Shown here: in pieces, positions 25,608 through 38,841 of the stretch
How positions within the stretch are numbered: the first letter of the stretch is position 1
Layout: each line of letters begins with the position of its first letter
Assembly: GCF_001194135.2 (NCBI RefSeq)
Contig: NC_068993.1
Location: 19,636,091 to 19,700,090, forward strand
Length of the DNA stretch: 64,000 nucleotides
From: Octopus bimaculoides
Lineage: Eukaryota
Direction: 5' to 3'
Position numbers and translations under genes: made by a program
The notes under the pieces: model-generated
The model's input: the letters and a program-made list of their open reading frames with translations, nothing else
What the model was told of the DNA's origin: nothing
Databases searched by the model: none

Positions 25608-26471
25608 CTACAGCTATACCTACATACAATGAAGAAGAGAAAAGAGGGAATGAGATCGAGAATTTTCTGAAAAGATGTTTACGTTACCATGCTTTCCTTA
25701 GCAATGAATATTGTACACTACTCGTTCAATATTCAACGCATTTTAGACAAAATCTTATGTAGACACTTGTAATACTGTAATATCTAAACATGGAACACTG
25801 TATCATTTAAACATGTAACACTATACACCATAGAAACATGTTAACTGTGTCAGTTAAGTATGCATATCTTAATATCAAATATACATTTTCCAGTGACATA
25901 AGGCTTCAGATTTTGCAACTAGAATCTCATCTTGTATTCTTTGTCGACTCTGGAAACATTAAAAAACAATCAAACCTATCTCCGGTGTGAATTGATGTTC
26001 TAAACAGGATCAGTCTTCTAAACTTGATACTACAAAATACTTGCATTTAATAAACCATGCAAAACAGGATTGTTATTGAGGTTTCCAACTTGGCAGTCTC
26101 ATGATCTCATTCTCTTCTAAGAGTGTCTGGGAAACAGCGGCCCTCAAGACTTTCTGGAAGGCACAACTAAATGGAAAATTACCTTGATTTTCTTCTTAGT
26201 AGTGCGACCCGCTTTTTGATGTGTCACGTCTCCAGTGTCCCGCTTCTTGGAAAAGACTATGCTAGGTCCAAGACATCATGCAGTCTATTCTGTTCTTATA
26301 TAAAATAATTGTGTTCATAATTTGGGAGAGATTCAGCTACTATTTATCGCAAGTTTTGCGGCCATAAGAAGCTCCTTGTTGACCCATGTATTAATTAATA
26401 AAGTGAAACGAGAATGTTTGATTCTCAAGCTTTATCAAATATCTAAACGTTATTATCATAAAAGCTATTAA

Positions 26472-26683
26472 GGCGGCGAGCTGGAAAAGCCATTAGCACG
26501 CTGGGCAAAATGCTTAGCGGCATTTCGTCCGCCTCTACGTTCTAAGTTCAAATTCCGTCGTGGTTGACTTTACTTTTCATCCTTTCGGGGTCTATAATAT
26601 AAGTACCATTTGAACACTGTGAGCGATATAAACGTTTTAGCCCCTCCTACAAAATTGCTGGCCCTGTGCCAAAATTTGAAACC
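26472..26683 (+). mobile_element. SINE family A, full-length with 18-bp TSD
   Basis: ggcggcgagctgg...tttgaaacc; TSD attatcataaaagctatt (26452-26469) / attattataaaagctatt (26684-26701). Confidence 0.92.
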
Positions 26684-26993
26684 ATTATTATAAAAGCTAT
26701 TTATACTTGTACTAAGGAAAATAAATATAGTTAACTTTTCGTGATTAAAAGTATCCAGTAACAGGTCATCAGCTCCATTGATTTCGTTCGGGTGGGAACC
26801 ATCGATTATAGGTTATATCGATCTTGGTATTAAAATCCTCTTATTTTATCGACCCTTGAAAGAAAGAAAGAAAGCAAGGTCGATACGGCAAAGTTTGGAC
26901 TCAGAGCCATAACCAAATATCGCAAGGCATTTTACCCAATGCTCTATTGATTCTTCCGCGACATCATTCTAATTTTATTACATACACACACGC

Positions 26994-27117
<124 letters not shown>

Positions 27118-27455
27118 GTTCGGCTTTCATTAATATATTTCATTAATTATTGACTCCAGAATTACTGATTGTGAAGTTGATCATGACAAGAGTTAAACAA
27201 AGCACAAATGAAAGATAAATTAGATACAAGTAAACAGAAATATAGATTTCTCACCCAAACTGCCTCATTTCTATTGAAGGTGCAAAGGCTGGTACGTTGT
27301 GGTAATCATGTTCTTTTTTGCTGTTGTTCTGTCACCACTGAATGATGAATGAGCGAAAATATGATCAAATGTGTTCTATGTCAGTATTTTCCATTTTGAC
27401 ATTCCTTTTGTAAGATGGTCGGTTGTGTATTAAGGTGGATTTAGTATCTACATTT

Positions 27456-27842
27456 GTGGAGGCGCAATGGCCCAGTGGTTAGGGCAGCGGACTCGCAGTC
27501 ATAGGATCGCGGTTTCGATTCCCAAACCAGGCGTTGTGGGGGTTTATTGAGCGAAAACGCCTAAAGCTCCACGAGGCTCCGGCAGGGGATGGTGGCGAGC
27601 CCTGCTGTACTCTTTCACCACAACTTTCTCTCACTCTTTCTTCCTGTTTCTGTTGCGCTTGTAATTCATAGGTTCAGCCTCGTCACACTGTGTCATGCTG
27701 AATATCCCCGAGAATTACGTTAAGGGTACATGCGTCTGTGGAGTGCTCAGCCACTTGCACGTTAATTTCACGAGCAGGCTGTTCCGTTGATCGGATCAAC
27801 TGGAACCCTCGACGTCGTAAGCGACAGAGTGCCAGCAACAAC
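27456..27842 (+). mobile_element. SINE family B, full-length with 13-bp TSD
   Basis: Starts gtggaggcgcaatggcccagtgg (A box), ggtttcgattccc (B box); perfect TSD agtatctacattt at 27443-27455 and 27843-27855. Confidence 0.95.
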
Positions 27843-28127
27843 AGTATCTACATTTAGCAGGTCGAGCGATCTTGTATAGACACATTAGAACTTTCAGTTA
27901 CATAATTTCTTATAGCGTTAGTTAGTTGTAAGTTAAAAATTAAGTCTGAAACTAAGTCTAAAAACAAATCTAAGTTGCCGACGGGACTGACTAGGCTCTT
28001 GTAATGCAAGGTGTTCAAATTCAATGCAAATTCCATCGAAGTATATACACAAGAGGTGTACATGTTATGGAGTCGTTTCATTTACAGTGTTTTCTGAACA
28101 GAATATATCTGTGAACGTATGAACGTA

Positions 28128-29115
28128 TCAGGTCATCCTATAAATTATGCCCGAAATATCATGCATTTAAATTCTATCAAATTTTTACAGTATTCTAAAA
28201 TGTGAAATGATATTGATTGATGCGCATACGAATTTGGAAACCTTTATCGCAATATAATTTCTTTTTACAAAATAATCTGACTGAATTAATTACTAAAATA
28301 AACCCCTCAAAGATGGATGTATCGAAGGAGCATTTAAGACATATAATGCTTTACGCGTTGAAAAAGAGAAACAGTGCAGCAGAAGTAAGCAAAAATGTTC
28401 ATGTTCTTTATGGACGCCCTGTTAAATTCGACGATGAGCTTCTTTTGTCGGGGTTTGAGAAGGATAATGCTGTGTCAGTTGAAGAATTGGCAAATAAGTT
28501 TAATTCAAGNNNNNNNNNNNCTAAAATGTGAAATGATATTGATTGATGCGCATACGAATTTGGAAACCTTTATCGCAATATAATTTCTTTTTACAAAATA
28601 ATCTGACTGAATTAATTACTAAAATAAACCCCTCAAAGATGGATGTATCGAAGGAGCATTTAAGACACATAATGCTTTACGCGTTGAAAAAGAGAAACAG
28701 TGCAGCAGAAGTAAGCAAAAATGTTCATGTTCTTTATGGACGCCCTGTTAAATTCGACGATGAGCTTCTTTTGTCGGGGTTTGAGAAGGATAATGCTGTG
28801 TCAGTTGAAGAATTGGCAAATAAGTTTAATTCAAGCCATTCAGCAGTTCACTGCCATCTTCAACAGCTTGGCAAAGTGCCCAAACTCGGAAAATGGGTTC
28901 CCAATGATTTGACATAAGCCAACCAAAAATCTGATGTGAACATCTGCTCATTTCTTCACTCTCGTGAACGTATCTCACTACTTTTGAAGAGATTAGTGAC
29001 TGGTGATAAGAAGTGCATTTTTTATGAAAATGTTAAGCGATGCAGGTAATGGCTTAGTTGTAGAGAACAGGCTAAACCACTATCCACAAAGACCTCCATG
29101 GTAAAAAGATTCTTT
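28128..29115 (+). mobile_element. Mariner transposon relic (5' TIR plus defective transposase)
   Basis: TA|TCAGGTCATCC 5' end; MDVSKEHLRHIMLY...GRPVKFDD...LGKWVPNDL (WVPHEL motif); after the stop at 28915-28917 the same frame gives LVTGDKKCIFYENVKR (first catalytic D, 28996-29007). No 3' TIR seen. Confidence 0.9.
28195..28835. other. Gap-flanking 315-bp duplication, probable assembly artefact
   Basis: 28195-28509 and 28521-28835 match except T28342/C28668 and are separated only by a short N run. Confidence 0.85.
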
Positions 29116-29282
29116 CTGCCGGGGGCGGGGGCATTACATTGGAGTCGAATTTCGCTGATGTTAAGCTTATTGTTACCATTCAAGGGTAGATAAACTAAGC
29201 ACTAATCTTGCGCTGGAAGTATGCCAATTGATCCTACATCTCCTTAAAAAAGCAAAGACTGTTTCTACTGTAAGAACATTTG

Positions 29283-29486
29283 GGTTTCAAATCTTGACAC
29301 AAGGCCAGTAATTTTAGGGAAGGAGATAAGTGGATTTCATCGATTCAACAGGTACCTATTTTATCAACTCCCAAAGGATGAAAAGTAAAATCGACCTCGG
29401 CGAAATTTAAACTCAGAACCTACAGATGCACTAAACACTGCTAGGCATTTTGCCCGGCGCGCTAACGATTCCGTCAAAACGCCGCC
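29283..29486 (-). mobile_element. SINE family A copy
   Basis: ggtttcaaatcttgacacaaggccag...aaatttaaactcagaa...cattttgcccggcgcgctaacgatt...gccgcc. Confidence 0.88.
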
Positions 29487-32400
29487 CTTCATTAGAAGAA
29501 TATAATAATTTTATTTTCGATATTTTCTTAAATGTTAAATATTAATATTAATTCTACATAAGAATATCTCTAACCTGAATGAATCCATATCTTCTGTCTA
29601 GAAGTTATTAATCAAAATAGCATTAAATCAAGTCTAGAAACAATTAATCATATCATAACTTTTATGATGTTGCATAAGTTTCTTCATTCATACTTATGTT
29701 GGTGAATTGATGTTCAGTGAATACGATCGAAAAAACTTGCAGAAAATAACGAACTTGTCGAAATAATTTTACTGATATCAATTGCGCCAGCGTAATTTGT
29801 AAACGGCGTGCTCCATCTTTTTCTGTTTTACTTATTAAAAAAATCAATAACTTTCAGTTCAATGTTTTGTAAGAGCTGTAGCAAAAGTGATAAACTCGGG
29901 GACTGCAACCCATACTTGTTTCAAATGTAGTCGTTTAATTTACTCAACTAATGACACTGGAAAAACAAAAGTATCATCATGGTCATGATCATCACCATCG
30001 TCTTCGTCGTCGACGTCGTCATCATCATCATAATCATCATCACAACTTTGGTTCACCTTGCATTGAAGCCAATAAGGTTTATCTCTATTTATGCAGACTA
30101 CTGGCCATGAAAGGTCAAGCAATTGACCCTGTCGTTGTTTTATGTCATATTTTATTGAATTTTCTATTGAATGCGTTAGTAAAGCTCTTAGATTGCAGTA
30201 TCATAAATATTTAATTTGTCGAAGCACCACTACACAACACTTCATCTACGCGAAGTGTATCAAACACACATTAGCTAGACAGAGTTTATCTTTTTGCCAA
30301 TTTATGTCAAGATGATGACTTAGCGATTTTATAGCGCTATTTTGCAGTAGAAATGTGCAGCTAGATGGAGTAAGTGAATTGACAGTCATGTGTTTTCGGT
30401 CAACGCCGACGAGACAACAACGCAATCGCTAATCAATGAAGAGGCTTCTCATCGGTTACTTGAATGGTTAGAAATAGCAGCTAAATTCTCCCGCAAGCAG
30501 CATCCTTCATCTTAAAGGTGAATGACATTAGAAACGTTGATATATATATATATATATATATGTATATACAAGGCTCTAACCTTTTACTTACACGGTGCTC
30601 TATCGACTCGGCTATGTTTTGAATAAAGCTAATAAGGATACGTAAAATAATATATTTCGTAATCTCCTATTCCATGCCTATGCAAGAAATCCATTACGTT
30701 TTTTTATTTCCGTCTTCTTATATTATTTTTTTAAAGTAGTGTACGCAATGAAGTGCTAGAAAAAGGCATAACGGCAATTTTTCTGTTTTCCCTTTCCTAA
30801 AGCTCTGCGGCGGCATGCCTAAATAACGATTCAGAAAATCATTATTTTGCATGCGCGTCTTGTTTTCTTTCCTCATAACTTTTGTTGTTTTTTTAAAGTA
30901 AATTTGGCTGATTCCCATTGTACGATACATGCTTGCATTATGCATGCAACCTAACTCGGAAGATTTTCATTGAATATACGGCTCTATGCGTTCATACTTT
31001 AAGTCAATTTTTTGCATTCCTTCTCTTTTTTTGTTTTTCGTTTTGCGTTCTTGTATAATAAATCTATCTTTCTGCACTAAAAGCATTGGCAGCGAAGCCA
31101 AATTTAATTTAATATGTTTAAGAGAAACGAAAGTAACAACATGCGCGTATAAGACAGCCATTTTGAAAATCCCTTTGCTAAACAAGAGCTCTATAGAAAT
31201 AGATTGCAATCATTATTTTACTTTGCTACTAATTAGACACGTCACAAAGTGTTAAATTTGCAAAACATTAAATTGTGGTTTCATGTAATCAAACGATTTC
31301 CCAAAAGTGTGAACTTATTAAAGATATTTCCCGTTTTAAATTACATATCTCACATAGGATCTATTAACTAGGAAAGTTAAAATAAAGGAATGAATTTCTT
31401 CCTTAACTATTTCTTCTATCTTTCTTCAGTTGATTATTTCTATCAATCACCTATATTCGCATCTTAATTGTAAGTTATTAGAATTATGCCAATAAATAAT
31501 TCACTCAGTGTATGGATCATCAAAATGCTTCCTTGAAAAATGTTAGTATGTATGCCAAAGCAAAAATATCAGTCTATGAGTAATACTATTTTCATTTTCT
31601 TTGGCAAGTACAAGAGACAACTCTATATGTTTTGACATTGTTAATGAAACATTGTTATGGTGTTCATTGAAACTGTAATCAAAGAGTAGTCATAAAAATG
31701 TAAATTGTAACTGTATAACTTGTTTAATATAGCAAATGAAACTATTTTAGACATCACATATTTAAAAAGTTAGTGTAAACATATTTAAGAAATAGAGTAT
31801 TTACAATCCAATTAGAAATTGTTATGTAAAGGAAATAGATATACGTGGAAGAAAGTTAAATAGAAAGAATTTTTTCTGAAACATTTACATTCTAAACAAA
31901 GAATCACGTGCAAAAATGAAGAGTATATATTTGAGAAAACATTGGGAGCAACCAGTGGAACTCGTACCTACAGATGCTTCATGATGACATTGTCATATTA
32001 CAAAATGCAATGATAGAAACTGGCATTATATAATGAGTGGGGAATATTTGGGGGACCGAATCGAGTGAAATGAAATCGAAATAGGTAGGAGAGGAACAAA
32101 ATGCTCACATCATAGGCCTGAAGACAATCTCGAAATTTCCTTCAGGTTGGCATAAAGAAGGTAATGTAAGACTTGTTGTTTCTTATCTATATAGTCTTTA
32201 AGGTCATCAAGAACACGTAGAGGACAGTTCCTTGTATATCCCAATGGTACGATTTATGTGTATCACTTTGTTTTACACGTAAAGCTAAATTCTCCATTCA
32301 GTTCCCAGTTAACCAGGTTAACCACCAGTAAACTATATGAAAATCTATCTATGTGTTCTGTTTAAATTCTATATTGTACATACTATTGTATGCAACAAGT

Positions 32401-33912
32401 AACAGATGCAACGCCCACAACATTAAAACAAAGTTAAGAATACTTTTCTATAAAGATAACTTTAAGAAAGTCTAGAGCGACGAATGGATGAAACATCTTC
32501 GTATCTGTATGTACCCCACTAAACAACTGCTTGATTTCTATAACCAGACGGCCCAATCATACAGAAACCTGGCCACGTCAGAACATTGTCTAACCTGCAT
32601 TGCTTGAAATATAGTAAATCCTCTATATGTCCAGTACACAACACACAGACCACTTTGTGTTGCACAGTCCAACCATTTTGATACAACAACCGATGCATAC
32701 ATCTATTAGATTTTGAATGACAATGTGAAGGAAGGGGAAGAAGGGATACTATATGGAACAGCAGAATGGTACTTGGTCATGTTTCCTCTTCTCTAATGTT
32801 GCCGGTAAAAGTAGAGATGTTTGGTAGATGCTGCTTTGTTATTTTGCATTCACATTTCTACTTGATTGATACAGATATAGTAGTTAAGAAACAGTAGTAT
32901 CTGGAAAATTATGAAAGTTTCTAAGTGTGATGTTATTTGAATATATCGTGGTGTATATTTTGACATGAGAGAAACTCGTATAAGCAGAGAATAAAAGAAT
33001 AGAATGTGTTCCTTATGGTAGTTCATTTGGGAAATAGTAAATTCTTGAATCTGTTGCTTTCGAATATTCCATAGGTTTTGAGATGTGAAAGCTAATTTGC
33101 TAGCTAAATATTTGGCTGTTTGATGATTTAAGGAGGTGTTCAATATTTTATATGAGTGTGTAGCAAGAAATAGAGTCGAAATGCTTGTTGATAATTGGTA
33201 GTAGCTAAGATTCTTCAGGTTTTGGAATGTTCTTGTTTGCTTGTTTAAGCTACCATGAGTGTTTTGCGTAGGGCTTATAAGTAGTCTTGATTGAGTATAA
33301 AAGTAAGAATCTATTCTGTGCGATGGAGAAAAATAGGGAATAGTATGGCCCCTAGTACATGTAGAAAACTGTTTCTCAACTTTTTTAACGTTTTGACTAA
33401 TGAATTAATTTTCAGATAACCATAAACGCAATACAAAGAGGCTCTTGCACTTGTGAAGAAAGTAGTGATAATACTGGTATGAATAGTGCCAGTGGTGATG
33501 ATAATTAGTTTTTTCTTTTTGTCGTGTTAGTGAAAGGCATTATAGCATATGTATTTATAAATCTTGTAACAACGCTTTAGCTGCCCTTGAACATTCCAGC
33601 TTCAAATTGTTTGTCACATCTCTAACCTATGCTTATGTGTCAATTTGGACTAATGGCAAAACAGCAAGTCATTCGCTAGTTATGTATTGCAGCCATTTGT
33701 TGCAGATATGAACTCGCATCGAGGTAACTTTTTGCAATTAAATGGGCAACCTACATCAATGATATATTACGTGAAATTTCGATAAAGATCGATCGATGGA
33801 TAGATAGATAAACGGCAGTAAAGTGTGATTGTTTTGTATTTCCTTATACTTTAGCTGATATTTAAAGTGTGTATTAGCCTCGCGTTACAGAAATCTAACC
33901 GCCTTTTCTACA

Positions 33913-34000
33913 GAGCTTTCCGCATTGGATAATAAAACCCATTGAATAAACNNNNNNNNNNGAGCTTTCCGCATTGGATAATAAAACCCATTGAATAAAC
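33913..34000. other. Gap-flanking 39-bp duplication, probable assembly artefact
   Basis: gagctttccgcattggataataaaacccattgaataaac at 33913-33951 and 33962-34000 around a 10-N gap. Confidence 0.85.
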
Positions 34001-34120
34001 AAGTACAGTAGTGCGTTAATTGTCTGTGTTTATTATATCACAATTAGTCTACAATTTACTGTACATTTTTATTGGTCTTGATCTCTTATTTGTCGTAAGT
34101 ACAAACACAGTATAGATATT

Positions 34121-34329
34121 GATTTCAAATTTTGGCACTAGGCCAGCAATTCTGTGCCTGGGGCTAAGTCGATTACATCGATCCCAGCATTCAACTTGTA
34201 CTTTATCAACTCCGAAAAGATGAAAGGCAAAGTTGACCTCGGTGGATTTTGAACTCAGAACGTAAAGACAAACGAAATGCCGCTAAGCATTTTGCCTGGC
34301 GTGCTAACGTTTTTGCCAGCGCTCCGCCT
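34121..34329 (-). mobile_element. SINE family A copy
   Basis: gatttcaaattttggcac...tttgaactcagaacgtaaag...cattttgcctggcgtgctaacg...gccagcgctccgcc. Confidence 0.9.
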
Positions 34330-34548
34330 TCACACATTATAAATAGTGACATTAAACAAAAGAATGCTTTGGACACCAACCACTCACTAATTATGCAGTT
34401 AAAAGAACAAGTGAGAACGTCAAGATTAAAACCTAAATTATGCATGCTCATATATGAGGTAAAAGCTAAGCAACCTTGGTCGAGAACAGATATTCCTTTT
34501 TCCACCAGCAAGTGTGGAGGGCACTTCCTGGTGTCCCCTCAACGTAGC

Positions 34549-34551
34549 GGT

Positions 34552-34592
<41 letters not shown>

Positions 34593-34626
34593 TAGTAGTA
34601 GTAGCAGAAAAAGTAGCAGCAGCAGC
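34549..34626. repeat. Compound (AGC)n(AGT)n microsatellite
   Basis: Direct reading; source of poly-Ser and poly-Thr/Ala ORFs. Confidence 0.95.
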
Positions 34627-34726
34627 GACAGTTACAGCTGCGACAGCAGGCGCCAAGCTTGTTAAACTATCATCTGAGTATCATTAGTTTTTAGTTGTTT
34701 AATATAATCAGTATATATGTTTACAA

Positions 34727-35106
34727 GTGGAGGCGCAATAGCCCAGTGGTTAGAGCAGCGGACTCGCGGTTATAGGATCACGGTTTCGATTCTCAGACCG
34801 GGCGTTGTGAGTGTTTATTGAGCGAGAACACCTAAAGCTCCACGAGGCTCCGGCAGGGGATGGTGGCGAACCCTGCTGTACTCTTTCACCACAACTTTCT
34901 CTCACTCTTACTTCCTGTTTCTGTTGTGCCTGTAATCCAAAGGGTCAGCCTTGTCACACTGTCACGCTGAATATCCCCGAGAACTACGCTAAGGGTACAC
35001 GTGTCTGTGGAGTGCTCAGCCACTTGCACGTTAATTTCACGAGCAGGTGGTTCCGTTCATTGGATCAACTGGAACCCTCGACGTCGTAAGCGACGGAGTG
35101 CCAACA
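34727..35106 (+). mobile_element. SINE family B, full-length
   Basis: gtggaggcgcaatagcccagtgg...gcgacggagtgccaaca; imperfect TSD atatatgtttac / atatatttac. Confidence 0.93.
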
Positions 35107-35502
35107 TATATTTACTTCTACATTATTAATTACCATGGTAATACTGATTAATTTAATACACTTTTTTCCTTCTTTTTCATATGAACGAGTCCACTGTATA
35201 GAATAATTTTTTTGTTGGCTGCTATGTACCATGTTTGTATGTATGGGTGTACATCTTCATATGTGTGGACAAGTGTGTGTGTATATGTGGTCATGTGTTT
35301 CAGTCTCTATTTGCGTATGTGGTTGTCTGTTCATATACCCTATGTACCTACCCGTCTGTATGTAGATCTGTTGGTTTACATATACATGCATGTGCATGCA
35401 CACACACACCCAAACACACAGACATACATACATCTATCTGCATAAAAGCCCATTAACTGTTCTATTTTACTTGTGTAAAATGTGGGTATGGGGGTATGAT
35501 AT

Positions 35503-35718
35503 CTATGTATATTTCCTATTTAGTATTGGGGAAGTTTCATTTATAAGGACATACTCCCGTATTTGTCTTAGAGTTGGGTCTTTTGGGTGCTTGGATAAGA
35601 TGCGGATGTCAAGTTAACCCAAGTTGCCTCCATGCTGGTTTTTGGCATGCTGGTAGAGTATGGAGGACTGTTTTTTGTCGTCATATTGTCTCATATGTTC
35701 GTTTAGTCGTTCCGCAAT
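35503..35718 (-). mobile_element. Penelope-like GIY-YIG C-terminal fragment (one in-frame stop), truncated by gap
   Basis: Manual translation IAERLNEHMRQYDDKKQSSILYQHAKNQHGGNLG*LDIRILSKHPKDPTLRQIREYVLINETSPILNRKYT*, colinear with the 38339-38841 protein (IGERTNDH...SSLLYQHAEQEH...LRQITEATHI...PSLNRK). Confidence 0.85.
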
Positions 35719-36745
35719 GCNNNNNNNNNNNNNNNNNNNNNNNNNNNNNNNNNNNNNNNNNNNNNNNNNNNNNNNNNNNNNNNNNNNNNNNNNNNNNNNN
35801 NNNNNNNNNNNNNNNNNNNNNNNNNNNNNNNNNNNNNNNNNNNNNNNNNNNNNNNNNNNNNNNNNNNNNNNNNNNNNNNNNNNNNNNNNNNNNNNNNNNN
35901 NNNNNNNNNNNNNNNNNNNNNNNNNNNNNNNNNNNNNNNNNNNNNNNNNNNNNNNNNNNNNNNNNNNNNNNNNNNNNNNNNNNNNNNNNNNNNNNNNNNN
36001 NNNNNNNNNNNNNNNNNNNNNNNNNNNNNNNNNNNNNNNNNNNNNNNNNNNNNNNNNNNNNNNNNNNNNNNNNNNNNNNNNNNNNNNNNNNNNNNNNNNN
36101 NNNNNNNNNNNNNNNNNNNNNNNNNNNNNNNNNNNNNNNNNNNNNNNNNNNNNNNNNNNNNNNNNNNNNNNNNNNNNNNNNNNNNNNNNNNNNNNNNNNN
36201 NNNNNNNNNNNNNNNNNNNNNNNNNNNNNNNNNNNNNNNNNNNNNNNNNNNNNNNNNNNNNNNNNNNNNNNNNNNNNNNNNNNNNNNNNNNNNNNNNNNN
36301 NNNNNNNNNNNNNNNNNNNNNNNNNNNNNNNNNNNNNNNNNNNNNNNNNNNNNNNNNNNNNNNNNNNNNNNNNNNNNNNNNNNNNNNNNNNNNNNNNNNN
36401 NNNNNNNNNNNNNNNNNNNNNNNNNNNNNNNNNNNNNNNNNNNNNNNNNNNNNNNNNNNNNNNNNNNNNNNNNNNNNNNNNNNNNNNNNNNNNNNNNNNN
36501 NNNNNNNNNNNNNNNNNNNNNNNNNNNNNNNNNNNNNNNNNNNNNNNNNNNNNNNNNNNNNNNNNNNNNNNNNNTATACATCGCTTATACAGAGATATAT
36601 TAAGACTACAATATAAACACTTATAAATACTCATATTTTTTTTGAATGATTGTGTGTGATATGAACGTATATGTACACAATTCTTATATACACATGTTCA
36701 TATACAAACACTTTTATTATGTGCATGCAACTGTAAATACACACA

Positions 36746-36784
<39 letters not shown>

Positions 36785-37214
36785 ACGTCTGTATTATGAT
36801 AGAGTGTTGATATAACACTCCACATCGTTCCAGCACAAAGTGGGTTCGTTGGTATATGTGTACTTATGTTCCCTTACTATTTATCGTGTGCATTTTAGGA
36901 ATACTTTGCTGCTCAAATATAATTTTCTCTGTTCTTCCACTAGCAGTTGTTTCGTACAAGCTACAGATAAATTAAAATGCCATATGGTTACCAAGCAGAG
37001 AGAAATGTCACAGCTTCAGGTGGAGGAAGGAGAACGCGTGACCGACGATACCAAATAGGCTAAAACTGATGATATGGCACGTTCCGATATTTAGTTGACA
37101 TGATATTCATGCGTAATGTGTGCATGTATGTATGTATGCATGTATACATGTGTGTGGATGTATGTGTGTGTATATATATATATATGTATATATATAAACA
37201 TATGTATATATATG

Positions 37215-37247
<33 letters not shown>

Positions 37248-38338
37248 NNNNNNNNNNNNNNNNNNNNNNNNNNNNNNNNNNNNNNNNNNNNNNNNNNNNN
37301 NNNNNNNNNNNNNNNNNNNNNNNNNNNNNNNNNNNNNNNNNNNNNNNNNNNNNNNNNNNNNNNNNNNNNNNNNNNNNNNNNNNNNNNNNNNNNNNNNNNN
37401 NNNNNNNNNNNNNNNNNNNNNNNNNNNNNNNNNNNNNNNNNNNNNNNNNNNNNNNNNNNNNNNNNNNNNNNNNNNNNNNNNNNNNNNNNNNNNNNNNNNN
37501 NNNNNNNNNNNNNNNNNNNNNNNNNNNNNNNNNNNNNNNNNNNNNNNNNNNNNNNNNNNNNNNNNNNNNNNNNNNNNNNNNNNNNNNNNNNNNNNNNNNN
37601 NNNNNNNNNNNNNNNNNNNNNNNNNNNNNNNNNNNNNNNNNNNNNNNNNNNNNNNNNNNNNNNNNNNNNNNNNNNNNNNNNNNNNNNNNNNNNNNNNNNN
37701 NNNNNNNNNNNNNNNNNNNNNNNNNNNNNNNNNNNNNNNNNNNNNNNNNNNNNNNNNNNNNNNNNNNNNNNNNNNNNNNNNNNNNNNNNNNNNNNNNNNN
37801 NNNNNNNNNNNNNNNNNNNNNNNNNNNNNNNNNNNNNNNNNNNNNNNNNNNNNNNNNNNNNNNNNNNNNNNNNNNNNNNNNNNNNNNNNNNNNNNNNNNN
37901 NNNNNNNNNNNNNNNNNNNNNNNNNNNNNNNNNNNNNNNNNNNNNNNNNNNNNNNNNNNNNNNNNNNNNNNNNNNNNNNNNNNNNNNNNNNNNNNNNNNN
38001 NNNNNNNNNNNNNNNNNNNATTTTGTATTTTGCATTCCTATTGTATGTGTCTACGCATGCGTATCCTTCAATGTGTCTATGTTTTTGTAAGTACATGTGT
38101 GTGTATGGGGAGTGTCTGTATCATCTATATCCTCTGTTAATACATGTTCGTTTGTTTTTGTTTTTATTTATTTATTTGTCCATGTGTTTATATCTACTTT
38201 TTTTTTGTATTTAATTAAATTTTGTTAACGTATGTAGTATTTAATTCCGTTTGTTTATCTATGTATTGTATTATATTTTATTCATATTGTTATTGGTTTA
38301 TGGGGAACGTATTGTCATATGTTGTGGTTTGTGGTTTG

Positions 38339-38841
38339 TTAGGGGTGTGTGTTAGTGTTCCATTCTAGCTTCCTATTCAGGCTAGGTTTATCTTCTATTA
38401 TGTGTGTAGCTTCCGTAATTTGTCTAAGTGCAGCGTCTCTGCTATGTGTGGATAAGATTTTAATGTCTATGTTGTTAAGTGAGCCTCTATGTTCTTGCTC
38501 AGCGTGCTGGTACAGAAGTGATGAGCTCTTCCCTTCCTTGAGTTCCCTCCAATGGTCATTTGTCCGCTCCCCTATGCTCCTTGCAGTTTCGCCTACATAT
38601 GTTGTCTTGTTACTGCATCGCCCCTCTGTACATCTTATACTATAGACTACATTTCTGGTTTTACAGTTCGTTTGTGGGCTAAATCTACATACGGTACAGT
38701 TCCTATCAGTGCAGGGGGTTCTACTAAAAGGGTATGTTCTACTGATAAGGGATTTGATAGGGTTGCCTGGCCTTTCCACAACCTTAATTCTTAGCTTAAG
38801 TTTGTCTAGGGCCCTTCTAAAGCGGTACGCCAGTTCGCCTC
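38339..38841 (-). mobile_element. Penelope-like element, uninterrupted C-terminal GIY-YIG endonuclease region, 5' part lost in gap
   Basis: PCTDRNCTVC...NCKTRNVVYSIRC...TYVGETARSIGERTNDH...LRQITEATHIIEDKPSLNRKLEWN: Cys-rich linker plus VVY/YVGET motif with conserved R, H, E, N; about 167 codons without a stop. Confidence 0.93.

Noticed and set aside
28195-28835. Apparent tandem duplication of the mariner 5' region
   Set aside because: Copies abut a short N run and differ by one base; best explained as an unmerged overlap of two haplotypes
32480-33350. Possible L1/Tx1 ORF2 C-terminal relic (ORF 32850-33143)
   Set aside because: Resemblance too weak to call without a search
33913-34000. 39-bp direct repeat
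   Set aside because: Flanks a 10-N gap exactly; assembly artefact
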